A DNA stretch of 63,092 bases, counting the filler, from Atractiella rhizophila (Eukaryota), in NCBI GenBank assembly GCA_021432655.1. It is 13 parts of 12 records of this genome, joined end to end, with 100 filler letters (N's around TTAATTAATTAA, not from the genome) between each part and the next. Parts side by side here need not be neighbours in the genome. Positions count along the whole stretch, not along the records: positions 23,758 to 29,501 come from MU272352.1; positions 29,602 to 35,336 come from MU272353.1; positions 35,437 to 36,677 come from MU272354.1; positions 36,778 to 42,453 come from MU272355.1; 9 more parts are not named here. The stretch is one strand, 5' to 3'. Position numbers and translations under genes: made by a program. The notes beneath the pieces were generated by a model, which saw nothing but the letters and a program-made list of their open reading frames with translations, made no database searches and had not been told where the DNA came from. Positions 24,567 through 37,929 of the stretch are shown here, piece after piece (position 1 is the first letter of the stretch; every line of letters begins with the position of its first letter).

Positions 24567-26835
24567 TCAATAACCATTCTCCCTTCCTACACACATTTGG
24601 CATCCAAAAACGCTATCCGGGTCCAGCGTTCCCTTCAACTCGAGCAAACGAGGATAATTATCTCCCCAAAAAATATTCGGGTACTGAGGATCGAAAGGAT
24701 CAGCTTAGAACAAATTCCATTGTCAGCTTCATGAGCGATTTAAGAAAGTGGAACAATAGACGAACCTTCGTTAACATAGCTCCCGGTGCCCTTCGAAAAC
24801 TTCTGATCAAGCTCCTGAACTTGCGATCTGACGCTATTCACTGAAGCATCGATAGTAGACTGAGAGGCGAGACCGGGGACCCATCCTGTGTTAGCGACTA
24901 CGAAATGCCAGAGGGGCTCGTTGGCGCGCCAGGAGGGATGGATAGATGTTGCGTCCGCGGCGACTTCTTGGACAGCGCCGGATGCCACCTATTGTATAAT
25001 CCGCATCGGATCAGTTTCGATGGGACGGCAAGAGAAGGGAAGGGAGGGAAGCGGATGAGATGGCGTGGCGCACAAGGTTGATGGATGATGCGGTGAGCGA
25101 GAGCGTGTAGTCTGCCAACGAGTCTGGTTCGTCTGAGAAGGCGCTATTGGGTACCAGTCGGCTTCCGATGATGCCAGCTGTCCATCAAGCAATCAGTCAA
25201 GCAAACAAGCGATCGCCAATCAAATATCCTTCTCGACGAAAGAACAAGCAATGAAGACGCACCCATCCCCGCAGACGTTCCCGGATTATCCCTATAATAG
25301 TCGATGAACGATTGAGTCTTGACCCCAAGTGTAAAATTAGCGATTCCAGGAAAGTTAGTCAAGTTGAGGGCAGAGAGCAAGTTGTCGTAATCTCCATCGG
25401 ACGGGTCTACCTTCAGCACCTTGACGGTGCTGTACAGACTGAGAGTGACACGAATCGCTGGGGCGAAACCTTGATTGGCAAGGGAAGCGAAGGCTTTGTA
25501 GAGGTAGGAGAGGATTCCTTTGGTGGGAATGAACGTTATTTCGCCGCTGAGGACGGTTGCGGCGGGATGGGTTTGGTACACTACCTGGATCATATCATTT
25601 TCATCAGTTGATTTTCTTTGGAGAAGGGAGGGGAGTACGGAAGTGACAACTCCGAAAGTGGAGCCTCCTCCTCCTACAATGATTCGCTTTTCAGTATCCG
25701 ACCCTCGTCACCAACTGAAGCGTACCTCTGAGCGCCTACTCGTCCGCCACTTTGTCAGGCGAATCTTTCATTCAACTGAAGGAGGAGAGAAGGAGGAGCG
25801 CACCCAGAACAAGTCCTGATTCGTGTAAGCATTAGCGACCACCACGTTCCCAGATGCAGTCACAACCTGCATCTCGAGCACATTATCGATCGCCAGTCCA
25901 TACTTTGGGCCGAGAATGGAGTGTCCACCACCCTGGAGGAATCCACCTGCGGCGCACACCTGCTCGAAACGAAACGAAACGAAAACGACATGAGTTGGGT
26001 TGAGGGACTTGGAGGCATAGATGCACGCACGGTGTGTGCCATGCCGGCTACCACTTGCAAGCCTTTGGCAGCGGCGGCCTCGTATATATCTTCAATCACG
26101 ACTCCGGCACCTATGCGGACTGCACTGAGCCCACCCGTCCCGGAAGGCGCGTTGGCGGGTGTGAAGGAGTCGATCCATTCCATGCCTAGCCATAACAAGC
26201 ATCATGGCCAGCCGTCAGACTCCAAATTTAACGACTTGTCGAGAGGGAAGAGGTACCTTGGATGTAATGTGTCCAAATGCTCAACGCGCCGTCACCAGAA
26301 ATCCGACCTAACAAGTCGTGCCCCGAACACTTGATCCTCAACCTGAGATCGTTCGCCGCCGCAAACTTGACGGCCTCCTGAACTTGGGGTACAGAGCTCG
26401 CGTTCACGCTGTAATATGGAGTGAGACCTTTCTCGCATTTAATAGTTGGGAGGGAAGCGAGGTAGCAGGAGGAGTTGCCGGTCTCCCAGTAGCTGTTGAA
26501 GTAGCCTTGGGGGAGCTGTCTCTCGTTCTCAGCTACAAACTACGGCTACTGAACGGGGATGGAATGCCATAACGACATACCGTGAGCTTGTAGTCCATGT
26601 CGCTGTTTTTAGTCGTCCTTTCCCAGCAGCCTGAGATGGAGTAGCCAGTGTTGGTGTGGCATGGCGCAGCGTAGGGTAGAGTGCGAAGTAGAGCGCCGCT
26701 GAGGGTTGAATTGAAGGAGTCCCAGGTGGAAGAAGAGGGCCAGCAGGAGGAGGATGGGTCGGTACAGTATGTTTTGGCTTGTGAAAAGGAGGAAAAGGAA
26801 AGGAGAGCAAGGAGTGGGAGGAATACGATCCCCAT
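24567..26835 (-). CDS. Secreted FAD-linked oxidoreductase (berberine-bridge / isoamyl alcohol oxidase-like), multi-exon
   Basis: Signal peptide; [89 protein letters not shown]. Confidence 0.9.
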
Positions 26836-27884
26836 CTTTGTGTTCAGTTAAACAACTTGAAAAGTAACAAATGGAAAGAGGAACTTGAACACTTCAAAGC
26901 TTTCAAGTTCTTGAGCGTTGCGAACTTCACAGCCTGCCTCGACTCCATCCTGCACTGTCCCCGGCACTGTTCCATGACGAGATCCCATCCTGCTCCTTGT
27001 ACGAGTAGTATGTGTACACAGTACTCGTTTTGAAATGACAACAGTGTTTGAAATGAAATATCTTATCCACAACAACAACAGATTTTGATCAATTCTTCCG
27101 TTTCTCCGGTCAACATTTGCCTGACCTTCCCCCGCACGTTCAAGAATATTACTCAAATCTAGGACCCGGAACCGCAAGTTGAAGTCCTATTCAAGTGTGG
27201 GATCATCTGTGCTGACATTCGAGATCGCCCCAATATTCGTTCGTCCTACACATCGGGCACCCCGTTCCCTGAAGCTAATCGTCCATTCACTCTGACAGGT
27301 GTGAGAATTTCGTTAGGTTTTCTAGAAATTCTGGAAGCCTTCTCTTCCATTCATCTATTTCCACATCTCTGCGGTGTTCAGTCCACTCTGAGCAGCTGGC
27401 CCATTCCTCCTTTCGAGCCGCATGCACGGACTACTTGCTTTTGTTTACCGTCTGAGCAGAGTCCCTTTGTCCAACTGAGCACGAGGTGTGCGTCTGCACG
27501 ATCAAAAGCCATAGAATGAGCGTTCCAACGCTGCAAAGGACAAAGGAGAGTGATATCAAAGTCGGGGAACGCTCCAACCTACGCTCAAGGTTTTGGATGC
27601 TCCTCCAAACCTTTGTCATACGACCTTGCGCTGGCGCCAGAACTTTGGTTTGTTTGGCGCAATCAGCGCTCGTTCGAATGAAGAAGCATGCGTGAACTCT
27701 GAACTCAACTTGAATCTGTCAGAATGAAATGAAGGGGATGGTTCCCTTTGGTGCCAATAAAAGGCCCATGCATGCCATGGGATGTCGAGAGGCGAAGTTT
27801 CACGCTCACGGCTAGCTGCATGTCTATACCATCTAGCGCAATGGGTCGAGAGACAACATTCAATAAAGCGCCTTCGTCAGTGTG

Positions 27885-29135
27885 ATGTCTTATCCTAATA
27901 TTATTGAGCGTGCTGACAGAAGCCTTAGTGCCGCTCACAAATCACTATCCTCTCCTTCCTCGGCTACCCAACCCTTAACAGGGCTGAAATCCGCATCCTC
28001 TTCTAGTACGGCCGCCATTATCAGTCGTCACAAGCAGAGGAGAAGACCTAAAGATCCGAATCTAGCGCTCACTCTCCCTAACTCCTTCTTCCTCTTCAAG
28101 AGAGACTATCAGGAGATACTCCGACAGGAAGTCTCCAAGCGATGTCCTGGACAGGTACCTCATATGCGAGACATCAATTTAGAAGCGAAAAAATTGTGGG
28201 ATGCGGCTGGAGATGAGTTCAAGGATATTTATCGACAAATTTGGAGGAAGAACAAGGAGGAACGGATCGCTATGACTGGGTATATGAATGCTCAGCAGTG
28301 GAGGAAAGAGCACGGGAATACGCCTCATCCGGTACGTTCCTTCTCCTCTCTCTCCGTGATCGGAGGCACTCACAATACTGTAAAGTCGTCCACTCGGAGA
28401 GGGAATGTATCGCGTCGTCAAAGAAACAATAACTCGACCCGTCTCGACCATGCCGTTCCGGAAACTCCATTCGCTGCTGAATCCCCGTCTTCCTTTCCCC
28501 CACCCCTACCGTCTCCAACTGACCCTCTCTTTGCTTCTGTCTACCCCCCTTGGATCGCTCCCCCTGCCTACTCTCTTCCTTCTACATCTCCACACCCTAG
28601 CCCCGACTCCTACTTTATCCCCTCACCTGGCGCGTCTCCAGAGGTTTCTAACGCCGAAATCAGCCCGGAATCTCTGCACCATTCATCAACAACCTTGGGT
28701 TATGCGACAACACTTGACAAGCCGTTCTCTGAGGACTCTCCTCCCGGATACACGGTAGGCTGGGGCATCAACAACCGTGACGGATATTCGCAGGCACCGG
28801 CTTTGGAACAAGATTCAAACGCATACTTCAGCTCAAACGAATCGTGTTTTCCACCCAACCAATTCTTGGAGCCTCTGGATGTGGACATGCGTTATCCTTT
28901 TCAGAGCGACCTTTCGTCCACGTTGTCTTACTCCCACGAAACGGCGGCGATCACAGCTTGCCAGAATGAAGAGGACAATTCACAAGACCTCATAACTACA
29001 CAGAGGTCGAACAGCCCACCTCCTTGGCTTGTTGAGAGGCAATGGATTGATACTTCGAATCCTGATTTGTCGTCGGCCCTTCAAGAGTATGAGGAAACTA
29101 AAGATGTGCTCTCATCCATGTACCTCAGTTATTGA
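27885..29135 (+). CDS. HMG-box transcription factor (MATA-HMG/SOX-like box plus P/S-rich tail)
   Basis: PNSFFLFKRDY...INLEAKKLWDAAGDEFKDIYRQIWRKNKEE..GY. Confidence 0.8.
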   Translation: MSYPNIIERADRSLSAAHKSLSSPSSATQPLTGLKSASSSSTAAIISRHKQRRRPKDPNLALTLPNSFFLFKRDYQEILRQEVSKRCPGQVPHMRDINLEAKKLWDAAGDEFKDIYRQIWRKNKEERIAMTGYMNAQQWRKEHGNTPHPVRSFSSLSVIGGTHNTVKSSTRRGNVSRRQRNNNSTRLDHAVPETPFAAESPSSFPPPLPSPTDPLFASVYPPWIAPPAYSLPSTSPHPSPDSYFIPSPGASPEVSNAEISPESLHHSSTTLGYATTLDKPFSEDSPPGYTVGWGINNRDGYSQAPALEQDSNAYFSSNESCFPPNQFLEPLDVDMRYPFQSDLSSTLSYSHETAAITACQNEEDNSQDLITTQRSNSPPPWLVERQWIDTSNPDLSSALQEYEETKDVLSSMYLSY

Positions 29136-29601
29136 TGTCCATTTCGCGTGTGCAATCGCCAATAAGTTCCTCATATTCTTGTTTCTTATTTCTTTGATTG
29201 TTGTCATCAGTCGTATTCAAATCCAAATTATTGTTTTTATTCCGAGCATCTGCTTGAAGCTGTAAATTGAATCTGATTGCCTTGCAAGTTTGTTCTTGTC
29301 ATTCTTACTCTTGTTTTCTTCCTCCTTGTGTTTTAGTCTTCACTCCCCTGTAAACAAGGGTCAAGGAATTGCAACTTGTGAGTTCTCCATCATTGTTTAC
29401 AATAATTGGGCTCACGAATGTACCCCTACAGGTTTGCAGGGACAGATCTCAAGTGAACATCGTCAAATCGTCAGTCTTCATTTCGAATTTTGGGTGCAAT
29501 ANNNNNNNNNNNNNNNNNNNNNNNNNNNNNNNNNNNNNNNNNNNNTTAATTAATTAANNNNNNNNNNNNNNNNNNNNNNNNNNNNNNNNNNNNNNNNNNN
29601 N

Positions 29602-32600
29602 CGTCTAACATGGACTCAAACTTCTTATCCCTTAACGTCGGACTGGTGTAATCCCTCGCCCATTTCGGATCATTCTCTACCTTCTCCATCAACCCCATCC
29701 ATGGCGGGATCGATTGAACCTTCAGGAGGTCAAGGAAGAACGAATTCCGGATTTTGGCTTCGGATCTAGCATCGCTAATAGCTCGTTTCTTGGTTCGCCA
29801 TTTATTCCACCATTCCTTCCGGTCTTCTCCCACAACTTGCCTCATATTGACGAAATTGAGGAGGTCGAATATTTCCGATTGCTTATATAGAGCCCTGTAT
29901 TGCATCTTTGGGACATTGATTCTCTCACGACATGTCCCAAGTTTCGCCATCAAATCCCAATCACTCTCTGTCACGAGAGCCTTCAGGATAGTATTGGCAG
30001 CCGCATCATTTTTGATAGACGGTCATCTTAGAGGTAAATGAGGTTGCATTCTCCTTCAAACCGCCGATCGCGAAAGTAGGAAGGTCTGGTTTAGATGTAC
30101 CTCCACTCTCTTCCTCAAGAACAACCTCCCTAAAACCACTCCCCACCGCCAAGCGAATAAACTCTTCATACCAAGATTTCCAGTTCCCTCCCTCCAGCTT
30201 CTACCACTCCAAAGACTCATCAAGTTTTGCGCCGTTGTCGCGGTCGCCGCCTTTCCTTTCTCGTGGTCCAAGATAAGATCCGGAGTCTGACTGGACATTT
30301 GATTCGGTTTCCTGCTCAGGAAAAGGGGTTGGAGCTGGCGATGGGGGCAGAGATATTAGCGTTTTCAAAAAAAATTTTCCTCAACCTGCACTCACTACCA
30401 TGTGGATCTGCTTATCCCTGGTGGTAAGCACCTGGGGAGAGCAGGTCATTGACCGTTCGTACGTACACCCGTGTGCGGTGATCATAACACACTAGATACC
30501 CTCACAACAAGTTAGGTGTAAATGATAGCATGATAACCCATGATTAACCATCATTCATATCAGTCCTTAGTCAGGTTGACGCCTCCTCTTCTTTGATTCA
30601 GCTGGAGGAAAACTACACCAACATTCCCATCACCCTTCTGCCGTTTAATTACAATCAGTCATTCAGTTAATAGCATTACTGTCCCACCAGAATCCATCGT
30701 CCACGTCCCGTGCATCTTCTTCTCTTATGATCGACGGTCGGCAGGCTGTGCCAGTCCCGGACACTCGTCTGACAGGACGAACTGGGCCGGGAAGCCATGC
30801 CAACTTCAATCTCAAAAGGTGTGACTCACCAAGGCGACACTTTTATTTAACCGCAGGGGGTCTGAGCTATGTCGCAGAGGCACACAATATTGTTTCTTCA
30901 CCTTACTGGATCCGACAGGTCTTACTAAGTGTTTGGAGATGGCAAGGTGCTTTTAAACCACATTTACCCCTTTTTTTCGGCTCTGCACATCCAATGGACT
31001 CAATCAAGCTGCCAATTCAAGTCTCGACGAGGAAGGAAAGAGGCAAGGAACTTGAGTGGTTCCAGTTCTGAGGGAGAGTAGGGCAGACCGTCCATACGTC
31101 TCCTTGAACAGTAAGTCTTTTCCTTGGATTTGTACATATAACGGTTACGGAAGTAGGATCCATTTGAACCTTCAACTGCTGGTGAACCTTGCCGTCAAAG
31201 ACTTGTGATGAGGCACAATTTGCAATCCTGAGTGTACCCAGCTGCTCCTATGCGTCTAGGGAGTGGATTACAGTCAGCCTCTATGTATATTCCTGGAGGA
31301 GTATCCGATCTATCACCTTCAGGGCTTGCGAAAGGAGCTTCTAAGTTGTCAATTGGAGGTCCATGCATGAGGGGATTAAATTCGAATAGTTTACTATGAA
31401 AGTTTAGGATATTTGCCACCTGCCTTACTTCATAACACTGTGTAACCTCAAAATTAATGATTGCAAGTTTTCTGTTCAAGCGAAGTTGGTAGGAAAACAG
31501 GTTGTAAAGACCCAGTGTGCACCCTGAAAGAGTGAATAATATCCCTGCGGGGCTGCGATCGGACACACAACCTTTGAATGTTTCGTGCATATCTGAGTTA
31601 CCGGTGACCAAAGATACACTGGCACCAGCATGGGCATTTCAATCGGAGGCGTTTAAGTGACAAATACGATAGATTCAGGGATAGGTTTACACCCACTGAT
31701 CGAATAGGAAAGTGTTTCCTGTAGTTTCCAATTGAAATTGTGCAGCTGTAGGAGGATTGCAGATCATTTGACATTAACTGAATTGCAAGAGGAGAAAGAT
31801 AGATGATCTTAAGGAAGTCTGTTTCTCCGTTAGTCCTTTTCAAATTGCAAACTACGCTTTCTACACCTTCATGATTACTTCATGAGACCTTACGAGCTCT
31901 TTGCTCAGCACTGGAAGATCTATCCATCCTTGATTTCCTAGCTTTTGCTCTTGCGTCTGACAAACCACATGTCCTGACTTTCCCTCATGCTCTCGAACTC
32001 CGCCTTCACTAATTGATCACAACAGTAATAACTCCGGTGCATCTATCACATTTTCCCCTTTCTTTCCTTCTATGGTCTACGGAACTAACACTTGCACATT
32101 TGCCTGTCCAACCCTGCGAACAGTCCTCATGCCATTATTGGCTGCCACGCTCCTTCTCAGCTGTACTTCAAGGAGACACATTTTCTGTTAACGCACCCTC
32201 TCCACTGATCTAAGGTGGAAGTAGGTTCTGACTGACTAGGTGATTGGGGAGCATGCATCCTCCACAGCAAAAGATGTAGATCAAGAAACCACCAGTGATG
32301 CCGAAATGGATTGAAAAGGCCTACCGTGTGTGGATAATCGTACAGAGGGCCATAATGCTCTTGAAAATGAGGAAGTAAATTTTGAAGGCATGGATCAGTT
32401 CTGGACTACGAGAATGTGTGATTTTGTTTACAGTACATCTCTCCAGTGTTCTGGGATCGAGATCGCTTCTTCGTAGGTAACCCTTGGATGTCTGAAAAAT
32501 GAGTAATAAGCCACTATTAGGCGCTCGATACACTCAGGCAACACCGCTGCAAAGCAGTATTCTAACGTGTTATCTCCATCACCACAACCTCACTTGAGTA

Positions 32601-33350
32601 TCGCGGTGGTTGTTTGTTGAAAATTTGGCTGTTGGTATGGCTCCGAAGTCGATGAGGTCGTATCTGTTCGTTGGGCCTTTGACTGACCTTCTTGATGCAA
32701 TGCAGAGGGTTTAGTACCACTGATCCCCAGTTTGACGTTGAAATATATGTGAAGAAATTCAGTCGCAGGTGTTCCATCCGTTTTAAAGTGTCCACATGCT
32801 GTCGTGACTAGAGGAGAACCGCCTGAATTACCTCGATTAAGCATGGGCAAGCTTCCTGGTCTTCAAACAAAGGCACTACCTTTTCACCCTTTAAGAATTT
32901 CGAAAGCTCTTCTTGCTGCTGCTTCTCAGTCGGTCGTTGCAGAAATGGAGTCAAGATGGGAGATTCGTCTAGGGTTAGGAAGGTTGAGCTTATCACAACA
33001 CGTCTGAGCGATAGTGGTTTAGCATATCTTCGGTATCGGATATTCTGCACAGCGAGGAGACAGAAAGGGATGAAAAGAATGATTATTGGGCCCAGAATGG
33101 GAATATGAAACAGCTCGTCCTCTTGGAAACCCTGACTTTGTCCGTTAATATCGTCCCCTTTTGAGGCTGGGGATGTCTTACTAAGATACCCTTCAATCTT
33201 AGTCCAAATCCACGGATTTTGCTTCGGTGTTGTGCACAAAGGTAAGGATACAAAGGACGGGATAGATGGACTCGAAATCGTACACCAATTTGTGACAATG
33301 TTTGAGATAGCTCGCAACTACCTGTGATTAGCTTCGACAGCAAGCAGGAG
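29602..33350. other. Fragmented ORF-like / degenerate repeat region, unassigned
   Basis: Broken minus-strand ORFs with no recognised family, next to LTR-element debris. Confidence 0.25.
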
Positions 33351-33399
33351 AGTGAGCAAGCACACCTTAGGGAAGTTGAGTGAAATTGGATGATACCGG

Positions 33400-35150
33400 C
33401 TCTTCCATGCTATTAAGTGGAAATGAGAGCCAGTCTAGATTTTCACAAAGCTAGATGCTTGTCAGGGTTTTGCTTATGGAGCATGACTCACATTCTGAAA
33501 TATGTGGCAAATGGTCTAGAAGATTCTGTCAGGCATGTGGTAAATAGAGCTAATGGTGGAATATGCTGGAAATTCTGGAACTTGTGGCTGTCTGTGTATA
33601 AATATCCCTACCAATGGATTGAGATATCCAGATTGGTTCTCTTAGAATATCCACTCTACTTGGCAGCCCCCTACTCAATAGCTTGAGAGTGTCAGCCCTA
33701 ACGTCCTTGTTGAACCTGATCAAAGTCGATGGAAAGGCAGCAGATGTACATGGTGATGTAAGGACTGACATTTGGTGGGATGGGGACAGATGTAATGAAG
33801 GTGTATCACGGGCATCTAGAGCCACTGAAGAAATCTTCTTCCCTCCTTGCTTGGCTAAAGGCTTGTTTTTCCACATGTTCTCCTTCTCTGTTTTTTGGCT
33901 GCCTGCTCTGCCTTCTTCTGCACTCTTTCTTCCTTCCTTCTCTCGCCATCTACATCCTTCTCCTCAGCTTCCTTCTCATTTGTCTGCAGCTGGCAGGCAG
34001 CATCAAGTATGCTGAAAGCTCTGATGAGAAAAGCAGGTCCTGTCTTGGTTGTGAATCAGATTTCTTTGGCATCTGCTTGGCAAAAAACTGTGAGTGGCTG
34101 CTTAGGGTAGAAGTCATACAGATTCATAGGAGTGTGCAGGGAGATGGATGTGGTACTGTAGGCAGAGTTAGGAGGAATTGAGGATATCATCTAAATGTAT
34201 GTAGAGGTTGAAGCTGATAGGTATATTGATGATAGTGTCTGTTGGATGTCAGATGTGGACTTGAGTAATTGGATGATAGGAAATTGTCAAAGTATGGAGG
34301 GAGGATTTAGTATATGGTTGAGAGGTTGAGAATCGATAAGCAGAAAGCCTGAATTGATGCTATCAGGTTCATCAAGTTGAAGGTCTCATAATCCTCTGTA
34401 TCCAATAGTGCAGATTCATCCAAGCTAAAAAGGTCTTACAGCACAGAATTGGGAAGCTGTGTATATGTTGACATTTGGAATCTGGCACAGAGTAGTCTAT
34501 TCTCCGAAATTAAAACACTTGGTGCTGCTCAGTAGCCTTACAGAGTGTCAGCCCTAACAGATATGCCCGTTCCCTCCCATTGCCAAACAATACAGCGCAG
34601 AATGCACAGCACAATCTCAATAATTGTTCAAAAACCTATAGAAGCAAATGCAACTTACTATTCTTCTTATAGGTTGTTTATTCCTTTAAATAGGCCAATT
34701 GTTCAAGAGTTTAAGGAGAGTACAAACCTGTGGGACTGCCTGGGGCTTGATGGAAGACAAGGAACTTCTCAGTTTCATGTCTTCATCGATGGTAAGAAGG
34801 TTAATGTTGAGCAGACAATCCTGATGCATTCTTCACCAACTAGATTGAAATTCCTGCGATACCACCGACCACTCCTAATTTTAATAATGGAGACTCAGAT
34901 ACATTGTGCCTAGTGCTGACCCAATTTTTTAAGAATATGGGGAATGTTATTGTCAGTGTTTCCGGCCCTATCCTCATCACTAGCAGTGAAGGGACATCCC
35001 AGGAGTAGAACAATGGTGATGTCCTGGCCAACAATGATCGAGCTCTGTATCGCTTTATCTCCCCAGTTTTTTCCCTCCGCTGAGATCTAATTGTTCCCAT
35101 CTGGTCATCTGTTGCTGTGAGATGCATTACGGTTTTCATTGGATCCACCT
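33400..35150. mobile_element. Ty1/copia reverse-transcriptase relics and LTR-end fragments
   Basis: Minus strand KTGEIKRYRAR (~35075-35040, cf. GEIxRYKARLVA); plus strand DFHKAR..GF (~33440); LTR-end motif AGTGTCAGCCCTAAC at ~33688 and ~34544; CpG-poor. Confidence 0.55.
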
Positions 35151-35160
35151 AAGGCAGAAA

Positions 35161-35336
35161 AATTGTGCCTATCCTCCTCTTATTAACTCCACATAATCCC
35201 ACTGTCACTTCCCCTTTTAGTTCTCTTACATGTTTCATCTACTCTCCTCTACGCTTTGTGGCAGTGTTATTCCGCTTGTATATATAGATCAGAGAGTAGT
35301 GGAGGTGACCTTAGAGTATTCTCTTAGGTTTATCTC
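35161..35336 (+). mobile_element. Partial copy of the LTR at 21151-21555
   Basis: Ungapped alignment to 21282-21457 with 6 mismatches in 176 nt. Confidence 0.92.
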
Positions 35337-35436
35337 NNNNNNNNNNNNNNNNNNNNNNNNNNNNNNNNNNNNNNNNNNNNTTAATTAATTAANNNNNNNN
35401 NNNNNNNNNNNNNNNNNNNNNNNNNNNNNNNNNNNN

Positions 35437-36677
35437 TCTACCATTCGGCCCAGCTTTTCCAAATTCTTCTCAGCTGCCCACTTGGAAAAGATGGCACGAT
35501 CTAGGTGCGCGTACACAGTTAGGTGAGAGGAAGAGGGATGGCCGTGGATGAAGAGGGAGAGGACTTCTGGAAGTTCTTCAGCCTGGCAAAGGAGTGCGGA
35601 GAGGGAGGGAGGATGTATGTAAGTTAAAGATAGGGAAGGTTTGAAGTGCTCCTTCGTTCTAACACGGGCATATTTACCATAACTTCTCAGAGATGAGCTT
35701 CGGGAAGAACGCACCTGCCAACAAGCTGCAATTTCCGTTTGGAAGTCCATACTCCTCTATCACCGGTGCAATACCATCCTTCCCAGCTCCTTGCATTGAC
35801 TTCTCCAGTACTCTCCGAAATCTCCACTTGCACACAATCCGCGACTCTGTCGTTCAGGCTGATGACACCTCCAACCCCAGCAACGCAAAAAACGTCCCAA
35901 GTCTGCACGCTAAGCAGGACAGCGAGCATTTCCCTTGTCTCCTTCTTCAAAGGCGAGGAGGAAGATATCACATGTTTGAGATGAGAGCCAGTGAGAGAGG
36001 CAAAGTGAGAGAAGAGGAGAGTGTCCCAAATGACTGAATGTGGTGCTTGAGAAGGAGAGGAGTGGAGAAGAGAGAGTTTCTGGCAGATGGCAGTTTGTAA
36101 AATGTCGGGCGTCGATGCAATAAGCGAGGTCGGGGGATGCTGTTGCAACCTATCCCATCGCGTTGCGGTCAGCAAGACACGAAATTAAATGCGAAAATAA
36201 CCGACTTGTCGACCAATCCATCTAACACTCCACCAATCGTAGCCAGAACAGTCGGTTTCGCGCTTTCCAGATCTTCAAGCAGCTCTCCGGCGTGAATTGA
36301 GAGATTGGAGAGGGCAATGGAAGAGCCGGTATACATGGCGAAGAGAAGAATGTGTCTCGTCCAAAAGTGCCAGAGCGGGAGAGGGACGAGGTAAGATTGA
36401 GATGGAGATAGGGGGAGAAAGTGACCAGCGGCAGAGAATGTGTGTAACGACGCTATGGAGGCAGCTATCTGCCGATGCGTTAACTCGACCGCTCTCAGAG
36501 CTGATTGATTTTAACAGTAAGTGGTTGCAGCCAACGAAGGAGAAGGGAGGAGTCACCTTGCCCATCCTCTGCACACGTGAACGCAACTTCAGCAACCTCC
36601 TCCGCTCCTGGTTTTTCCACCTCTCCAATCTTCTCCCCAGAGTTCAGAGCCCAATTCCTGCCCAATCGTTCCACTTC
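35437..36677 (-). CDS. Divergent long-chain acyl-CoA synthetase-like (AMP-binding) gene fragment
   Basis: IWDTLLF..LTGSHLKHVISSSSPL; GEVNAR..EGWYCTGDRGVW...LQLVGR; YIHP..LFIHG. Introns present; both ends truncated. Confidence 0.6.
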
Positions 36678-37929
36678 NNNNNNNNNNNNNNNNNNNNNNN
36701 NNNNNNNNNNNNNNNNNNNNNTTAATTAATTAANNNNNNNNNNNNNNNNNNNNNNNNNNNNNNNNNNNNNNNNNNNNCTTCGAGTATTTCTGCGCATTCT
36801 CTTATTGTCGGAGCATGAGATTGGGATTATTCAGTGTTTTCAGGAGAAAGGCTTATCTCAGCATTCATGGGGGGAAAGGAGATGGAGGTGAAGACTGGGT
36901 ATAGACAATGTATGCTGTTTTCAATTCTCATTACGAGTCCGCATATTGCTCGATGGGTGAAGAATGTTCTATCACATGCTTTTAGCCATCTTCGAAGCAG
37001 CGTTTTTACAAACAATGAAGGGAGAGTGGTGGTAGAGAAGCCTTTCATCTAAAGGACCGCGTAATGTAATAATGCAGTAGTCACCACCCGTCGTGATACA
37101 TTTTTCGCAACGGATCATGCACTATTCGCCATCACCTTTAGCAAAACGACTGTCGTAAATTATGCAATACGTTAGATCTGGAGAGCTTGAGCGGCTCAGC
37201 TCTGGGATGAGAAGGAGAAGAAAGAAGATATGACTAAGTCGCCAGTGAAAGCTGTTCTCCCGCGCCAAGGCCCTTCACTAGATTAGAAAGCCTACCCCTT
37301 GTCTGTTTGATGAAAGAGAAGCCAGCATTTACATGCTTGGGTTGTTTCATACTCGTCAAGAAAACCATGACACATGAGGCAGCGGAGTGCTGAAAGGTGC
37401 AATGTCCCAATGAAGTCATGGCATTTATCATTTATGATCCGCCAATGAGGCGAGAATTGCTTCCCAAGCTGCCTACCCACACATCGCATGCCATCAGCCT
37501 TGTTCAGCAACTTACAGCTGTGCGGTTCCAAAGACAGGCGAGGAGGAAAGATTCAGGAAGAACTGCAACTTGAAGAACATGAGCCCGTTAAGGCGAAAAC
37601 TCCAACGACACCTTTGGGCATCGACAAACCTTTTAGCTTCAATACCTCATGCTCAGGCTCTTGGTTACCTTGTCTGTTTATACGGGGCGATTGTCTGAAA
37701 GATGGCAAGAAGTGCAGAAAGAACAGAAAGAATTGATTGTTCCCGTTCGGCCTCCACCTGTCTACCACCCGTCGCCTTGATGGATGGAGTTCAAAGGCGA
37801 AGACTGGCTTTCGGGGCTCCCTGCTTACCCAGTACATATAAAGCTTCCCTCGTCGTCCTAATCAGACATCAGACTCGTATCAGACCGAACAATAACTCAT
37901 ATAGCCAGCTGTAACAGTTCGACACGAAA

